A stretch of DNA of 45,021 nucleotides, taken from positions 1-45,021 of the IMG/VR virus record IMGVR_UViG_3300028029_000003; one strand, given 5' to 3'. Both the position numbers and the translations under genes were made by a program. Below are positions 40,472 through 45,021 of the stretch, one piece after another. The notes under the pieces were generated by a model. The model did not search any database. It was given only the letters and a program-made list of their open reading frames with translations, and was not told the origin of the DNA. This DNA is from a virus. Within the stretch, counting starts at the first letter, position 1, and each line of letters starts with the position of its first letter.

Positions 40472-42657
40472 TCGTTTGTCTCCTCTCCAAATGGGTTATG
40501 TTCTTTAAGATAGTACATGTATTCCCTGATATTGTTTATTGTTTTTACTTGTGCGGTAAATCCTTTCTTACGAAGTATCTTAGCTACAGTCTTAGGGTCA
40601 CCTTTATAGTCTGTTAGTTCGTCATACAAAGTCTCAAGTGCATTCTTAGTAAACGAGCCTCTCTGCACACCCGCAGCAAAGTCAGGTGCATTGTTATCCT
40701 CAGCTAAGTCTACCAGGTACTGCACCATGTTATATTCTAAGGCATAGCCTATACGTTGTGCTGCATACATGCTATCAGCGATTAACTTATGCTTATCTTT
40801 AGACTTCGGTGGAGTCATATATGCGTCCTTAGACATCATAGGAATCTCCGTAGCCAAGTAATAACAGAAGTCTTTAGTCTCACTAATAATCTGGTCATGA
40901 ACGTCCGCAGAGAACCAGGATTGACTGTCTAAACTATTAGGCGTTTCCATTAAGTGAATTCGTCTATCTTGTTCATCAGGCATCAGTGGATTTACATTAG
41001 CTGTCATTATAAATGTGAAAGCATGTTTGACAGCATACGAAGCTTGTCTCATGTCTCTAATCATAACTGATGGCTTACCAGTATACGCCTTGAGTAGTCC
41101 TTTAACCATGTCCTTATCAGACTGCCTTGACAGCTGGTCACCGTATTCATCAAGCTGTACAAAGTAAGTGTCTAACAACCAGGAGTTATACTTCTCAAGA
41201 AATTCATTGGTGGTAGGTCTTGCCATACCAGCCATGATAACTTCTAGTATTCTCACAAACGTGTCCTTACCAGAACCAGGTACACCAAGGAAGTATAGCA
41301 CTATAGGAGAGTACTCAAAGTAAGATAGCTTACGCTTTATGAATTGCACCAGGTAGTCTCTGTTAGATTTATCTGGTACTAGACATTCAAGATACCTAAG
41401 TGTATTCACTGGAGGCTTGTAGAACTTCTTATAGTCTTCAGGGTTGTGAATTATGCTTAGCTCTGGTGTTGGCTTAAAGCTATTGAAAGCTAATACTTGT
41501 GGCTGGTCACTCTGACAGAAGCCGAAGACTTGCGATGGGTCACTTCTAATATGCACCAGAGGTATAGCCTTCTTCATAGCGGCTTTCTTAGGTAACACGT
41601 CGCTCACAGTAACATCCAGGTAAGCAATGAAGTCAGTGTCTCTAGAGAAGTTCCTTAGTTTCTCATTCGTCATGTCAATAAAGTAGTATAGGTTACGATT
41701 GTCATCAAACGCCAGGTCAACAATGAGACCATGCTTAGTCAGCACCGTCATTCTCTTTTCAGACCAGAACTCGTTGTACTTCCATATAACCTCACCAGCT
41801 ATACTGCTATTGCCTTCTATCATCGGTCCGCATATAGTAGCATCTAGTCGGTCGTTATCCAGTGGCTTAGTGAACAGGTCGTTGATACCAGTCATGCAGT
41901 CAATGTACAGCTCGTGGTCAACACTCTCATCAGCACCCAGGATAGCACTTACTTGTGACAGATACTCACTTCCACGACCATCAGGCACGTTATCAGGATG
42001 CAGATAGCCATACTCTTGATACTGCTCAAGTTGTCTGAATGTTCTAGGAGTTATAATCTTGAATAGAGATGGTATAAACTCACCTCGCTTTCCAATAAAC
42101 TGAGTCAATAGAGGTGCCAAACAGGGTCGTGTCTGAGTTGTATGAGCATAACTAGTATCTATTGTCTGGTTTCGTTTCTGGAGCTGATGGAGGAGAATCC
42201 TGGTTGTTGCAGGCATATCTCTGATTACTGGTATCTTGTCCCAGGTTTCTTTAGTCTCATTAGCTTTCGTTGGTAGATACACAAAGCCATTATTACTGTA
42301 AACATCCAGTGCTAGTAGCCCATCAGTCGGACTGTGAGTATTTATACCTGGTTCATACTTGTATATGAATGTTCCTGCATCCTTACCCTTAGAGATGAAG
42401 ACAGCTTCATAGTCGGGGTCCATTGCTCTAAACATAGCTAATGTATTCTTGTTGTCACAGTCGATGGCTATGATGTCACTCTTCTCACCAGTGATAACAC
42501 CACCTATAGCTGTGGCTTTCTTGTTAAACTTCTCGCTGAACGTAACTCTCCAGCCTTTCGAGAACTGAGGAATAGTCTTGTCTTTACTGTCGGCTATTCT
42601 CTTGAGAGAGCCTTTTAGTGGTACAGTATACCAACCCAGATCTATAAACTTCTGCAT
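40468..42657 (-). CDS. Bifunctional primase-polymerase / SF3 (D5-like) helicase.
   Basis: Start re-set to ATG 42657, with GAGGG 8 nt upstream. The N-terminal FIDLGWYTVPLKG...IIAIDCDNKN is a prim-pol DxD motif. Walker A is GVPGSGKDTF and Walker B VQLDEYGD. Confidence 0.85.
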   Translation of the reverse strand: MQKFIDLGWYTVPLKGSLKRIADSKDKTIPQFSKGWRVTFSEKFNKKATAIGGVITGEKSDIIAIDCDNKNTLAMFRAMDPDYEAVFISKGKDAGTFIYKYEPGINTHSPTDGLLALDVYSNNGFVYLPTKANETKETWDKIPVIRDMPATTRILLHQLQKRNQTIDTSYAHTTQTRPCLAPLLTQFIGKRGEFIPSLFKIITPRTFRQLEQYQEYGYLHPDNVPDGRGSEYLSQVSAILGADESVDHELYIDCMTGINDLFTKPLDNDRLDATICGPMIEGNSSIAGEVIWKYNEFWSEKRMTVLTKHGLIVDLAFDDNRNLYYFIDMTNEKLRNFSRDTDFIAYLDVTVSDVLPKKAAMKKAIPLVHIRSDPSQVFGFCQSDQPQVLAFNSFKPTPELSIIHNPEDYKKFYKPPVNTLRYLECLVPDKSNRDYLVQFIKRKLSYFEYSPIVLYFLGVPGSGKDTFVRILEVIMAGMARPTTNEFLEKYNSWLLDTYFVQLDEYGDQLSRQSDKDMVKGLLKAYTGKPSVMIRDMRQASYAVKHAFTFIMTANVNPLMPDEQDRRIHLMETPNSLDSQSWFSADVHDQIISETKDFCYYLATEIPMMSKDAYMTPPKSKDKHKLIADSMYAAQRIGYALEYNMVQYLVDLAEDNNAPDFAAGVQRGSFTKNALETLYDELTDYKGDPKTVAKILRKKGFTAQVKTINNIREYMYYLKEHNPFGEETNE

Positions 42658-43331
42658 GCTACAACCCTCGATACTGATGATTGCGAGACACCAAGTTGCT
42701 GTGCTACTTCTTGTTGAGTACATCCTTTATCTATTAGTCTTATAACTAATGATGGCTCGACGTGCTTCCTAGGCTTCCTGGGAGGCTTGTCTATCAAGGT
42801 GTCATTTCTAATATGAGACACCATGCTAGGACTTATATTGTATAGCCTGGCAATGTCCTTAGATGGTACCTGACCTTCTATAAGTATGTTAGCTATCTCA
42901 TCGTACTGAGCTTCAGTCAACTTCTTACGTTGAGCCTCAGAACTGAGGTTGTACTTCTTCATAGCTTTCTTAATGTAGTAACTAGAACTGCTGAGCCGTG
43001 AAGCAATGTCACCCACGCTCATGCCTTGTTGTAGTAACGACTGAAGAGTGATATGGTCTATAGGAACCTGTCGTTTAGGAAGCTCATAAGTACCGTTGGC
43101 TATCGAATGAGAGATGGCAAAGCTTAAGCCATATCTATTCATTATTTGCTCGTACAGTAATGTCTGTTCTACTATCTCATCTAACATAGACTCTGATACT
43201 ATACTGAAATCTAATGTGAGGTTGTTCCTCTTGACTAGCTGACGAAGTGACAGGTGTGTGAGATTAAACAGCTCACACACTCGGTCTTCATCTGCACCCA
43301 AGGACAGCACACCTTTTAACTGCTCTATCAT
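42642..43331 (-). CDS. Multi-HTH DNA-binding protein (4-5 tandem HTH units).
   Basis: Start re-set to ATG 43331, with AAGGAG 8 nt upstream. The track N-terminus is encoded by the upstream terminator hairpin. The HTH-like units include VCELFNLTHLSLRQLV, MSVGDIASRLSSSSYYIKKAM, PSKDIARLYNISPSMVSHI and TQQEVAQQLGVSQSSVSRV. Confidence 0.65.
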   Translation of the reverse strand: MIEQLKGVLSLGADEDRVCELFNLTHLSLRQLVKRNNLTLDFSIVSESMLDEIVEQTLLYEQIMNRYGLSFAISHSIANGTYELPKRQVPIDHITLQSLLQQGMSVGDIASRLSSSSYYIKKAMKKYNLSSEAQRKKLTEAQYDEIANILIEGQVPSKDIARLYNISPSMVSHIRNDTLIDKPPRKPRKHVEPSLVIRLIDKGCTQQEVAQQLGVSQSSVSRVVACRSL

Positions 43332-43363
43332 TTGTTTAGCTCCTTTTGAATGACTGATGGAGG

Positions 43364-43392
43364 ATAAAAAGAGAGGGAGTTCTCGCTCCCTC
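43364..43392 (-). terminator. Rho-independent terminator after early paralogue A.
   Basis: The minus-strand RNA reads GAGGGAG-CGAGAA-CUCCCUC followed by UCUUUUUAU, beginning 17 nt after the stop at 43410. Confidence 0.8.
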
Positions 43393-43409
43393 ATATAGGT
43401 TCTTGCCTA

Positions 43410-43886
43410 CTAGCTATTAGCTAAACATTCATCAAGAGTTTCAAATCCTTGATAGTCACCTTCCAATGGAGTGATGACCTGGCGAAGAGTATTAAGCTCT
43501 TCTAAAGCTGATGGTACATCTTCAGCAAGTAAGTCGCCGCTTGCAACAGCTTCTAACAAGCTTTCTTTACCTTGCTTGTATGCTCGTTGTTGCTTAGTCC
43601 ATTTAGAGACACCTTCTTTACACATACTGTTTAAGCCAGTAGCACTGGATGCTTTCTTACCGAACTCAACAACACTCGGGTCCATCCAAGTTTTGTGGTA
43701 GAAGCAGTGAATCGCAGTGACGTTGCCATCTTCATCACGGTGATGAGCAGTTGCTTTACCACCTCCACCACCAGTCTTAGCACTCGCAAGAGCGATAGCT
43801 TGTACGAGGATGTTGCAGACTTGTTCATCTGGATTTGCTTCCAAAAGGGAGATGATTGGTTGGTATGCTTTTTTAATCGTGGCCAT
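43410..43886 (-). CDS. Early protein, paralogue A (158 aa, unknown family).
   Basis: It shares the core CxYHKxW...(Y/F)GKKAS..TGLN.MCK.GVS.WTKQQR...K..LL..VASG with the 44487..44939 product. It has its own promoter-like elements and terminator. Confidence 0.7.
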   Translation of the reverse strand: MATIKKAYQPIISLLEANPDEQVCNILVQAIALASAKTGGGGGKATAHHRDEDGNVTAIHCFYHKTWMDPSVVEFGKKASSATGLNSMCKEGVSKWTKQQRAYKQGKESLLEAVASGDLLAEDVPSALEELNTLRQVITPLEGDYQGFETLDECLANS

Positions 43887-43930
43887 GATATAAATTTCCT
43901 GTTTTTAGTGTTGTCTCAAATGAGGATTTT

Positions 43931-43959
43931 ATTATAATCTATTTTTCTGCGAATGTATA
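43931..43959 (-). promoter_or_regulatory. Sigma70-like promoter candidate for paralogue A.
   Basis: On the minus strand, TATACA (43954..43959) is followed by a 17-nt spacer and TATAAT (43931..43936). AGGA lies 10 nt before ATG 43886. The -10 sits within GATTTTATTATAAT, a one-mismatch variant of the 18-nt motif. Confidence 0.4.
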
Positions 43960-44160
43960 CTTTTATTTTGTCTGGCATCTTTCATATGAAGTCTACCGTG
44001 TTGTTGACAAACGTATCTTCAGGGCGAGCTAGTTTATTGTTATTCTCTTTTAAGTGAAGTGCCATAGCTAATGATTTTATTAAAATGTACAATTTATTTT
44101 GTGCATCGATTATTTATCGTCAAAATTGACATATAAAACTCGTTTAGACGTACGAAATAG

Positions 44161-44430
44161 GTCCGTAGTTGAATTATATGTAGTTATATATATAATTATA
44201 TAAGTATCGATTATTATTTGATGACGGATTTGGTTGATGTGATCTTGTAGATTATTCGTTTAGTCATGCAGTTCATATCAATATAGATAATACTAAGTCT
44301 TTCATGACCTGTTTTATATGTATGTTTAATCCTTACTATGCTGGTTACTGATAGTACTGAACCCTTTTTCAGTATATTATTATATATATATATTATATAT
44401 ATTAATATATATTGTATTGATAAATGAATG
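44161..44430. repeat. Extremely AT-rich tract with (TA)n-type low-complexity runs.
   Basis: TTATATATATAATTATATAAGTAT lies at ~44184-44207. 44371..44430 is almost pure A/T (ATATTATTATATATATATATTATATATATTAATATATATTGTATTGATAAATGAATG). The hairpin TACTGAA-CCCTTT-TTCAGTA lies at 44355..44374. Confidence 0.85.
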
Positions 44431-44442
44431 AGTACTAGCAAT

Positions 44443-44475
44443 AGAAAAAGGGAGACAACTGTTAAGTCACCTCCC
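44443..44475 (-). terminator. Rho-independent terminator after early paralogue B.
   Basis: The minus-strand RNA reads GGGAGGUGAC-UUAACA-GUUGUCUCCC (10 bp including 3 G-U pairs) followed by UUUUUCUAU, 11 nt after the stop at 44487. Confidence 0.7.
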
Positions 44476-44486
44476 TCACTCTTTAG

Positions 44487-44939
44487 TTATGCTTCGACTT
44501 CTTCAGTCTCAACAACAGTTACTTCATAAGGCTTGATTTGTTTAGCTTGCTCATCAATCAATGCAATGCTATTCGCTAGCTCACTTGCTTCGACTTCACC
44601 ACTAGCAACATCATCAAGTAACTTAGCTTTTGCTAACTTCATTACTCTTTGTTGTTTAGTCCAGTTTGAAACACCTTGCTTACACATTGTATTCAAACCA
44701 GTACTTGTACTAGCTTTCTTGCCATAGTCAATCTCAGATATATTTTCCCATTCTTTATGATAATAGCAATACACATGAGTGACAATGCCTTCATCATCTT
44801 TCTTGAAAGTCTTAGCCATAACTTTAGATTGCATTAGTTCAACAAACTGGTCCATTAGCTTAGTAGTAAGCTTCTTACCAGCATTGTCTTGTAATAAGTT
44901 ATGTACATCTTGATATTGAGTTTTGATAGTAGTTGACAT
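44487..44939 (-). CDS. Early protein, paralogue B (150 aa, unknown family).
   Basis: It is a paralogue of the 43410..43886 product, with an acidic C-terminus. Its promoter/operator region lies across the circular junction (window nt 46-90). Confidence 0.7.
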   Translation of the reverse strand: MSTTIKTQYQDVHNLLQDNAGKKLTTKLMDQFVELMQSKVMAKTFKKDDEGIVTHVYCYYHKEWENISEIDYGKKASTSTGLNTMCKQGVSNWTKQQRVMKLAKAKLLDDVASGEVEASELANSIALIDEQAKQIKPYEVTVVETEEVEA

Positions 44940-45021
44940 ATTATGTCTCCAGTTATTATAGTGACAGGAATTGTCACTACTTAGTTTGCTTCAAAGAAGG
45001 CACTAACTAGTATCTTCTTTG
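44895..45021. repeat. Terminal identity, copy 2 (identical to 1..127).
   Basis: Exact 127-nt match to the window start. The unique genome length is therefore 44,894 bp. Confidence 0.95.

Noticed and set aside
44214-44441. Listed 75-aa minus-strand ORF in the AT-rich spacer.
   Set aside because: Its Ile/Tyr/Lys/Asn-dominated composition is what random AT-rich DNA encodes. It would start inside the terminator of the upstream gene, and it has no RBS.
1-45021. CRISPR arrays, tRNA/rRNA genes, transposases or insertion sequences.
   Set aside because: No regularly spaced direct repeats with unique spacers, no cloverleaf-capable segments in the few intergenic gaps, and no DDE or serine/tyrosine recombinase motifs were seen.

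Overview
This window is a complete, gene-dense tailed dsDNA phage genome with a podovirus-like gene set, not a piece of bacterial chromosome. The first 127 nt are identical to the last 127 nt, so the unique length is 44,894 bp and the record closes into a circle. That overlap could be an assembly artefact, circular permutation or part of a terminal repeat.

Organisation:
(i) A minus-strand packaging operon runs 3115->866: a small helical ORF, an HTH small-terminase candidate and terL.
(ii) A divergent AT-rich promoter region (~3116-3228) feeds a 22.5-kb plus-strand virion/lysis block (3229->25783). It holds a scaffold protein, an N4-gp56-type major capsid protein, fibre and spike genes, ejection proteins, the portal, a 1405-aa internal protein, a beta-helix tailspike and a 3-TM holin.
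(iii) A convergent ~19-kb minus-strand early/replication block runs 44939->25763. It holds two paralogous stand-alone early genes, a multi-HTH protein, a prim-pol/SF3 helicase, about 15 tiny ORFs, a Dda-like helicase, a gp2.5-like SSB and a family-A DNA polymerase. It continues with a nucleotide-pool cassette, a Cas4-like nuclease, an SNF2 helicase, a ligase, a VRR-NUC protein, a DUF2829 (Tad2-like) protein and a YkuD-like putative lysin.
(iv) An ~820-bp gene-free, repeat-dense region lies at 46-865.

I recognised no tRNA, rRNA, CRISPR array, integrase, transposase or phage RNA polymerase.

Strongest leads:
- A thymidylate-synthase homologue has the uracil-reading Asn replaced by Asp (cytosine-type). 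It sits with NTP pyrophosphatases and a dCMP deaminase, suggesting 5-modified cytosine DNA.
- A two-domain DUF2829/Tad2-like protein may act as an anti-Thoeris sponge.
- The lysis cassette has a DUF5675/YkuD-like protein as its only lysin candidate.
- Two paralogous early genes form autonomous transcription units around a 600-bp AT-rich spacer.
- The 46-865 non-coding region is rich in repeats.
- Several translationally coupled ORFs shorter than 60 aa are missing from the supplied ORF track.

All family assignments come from motifs read by eye and need HMM or structure confirmation.
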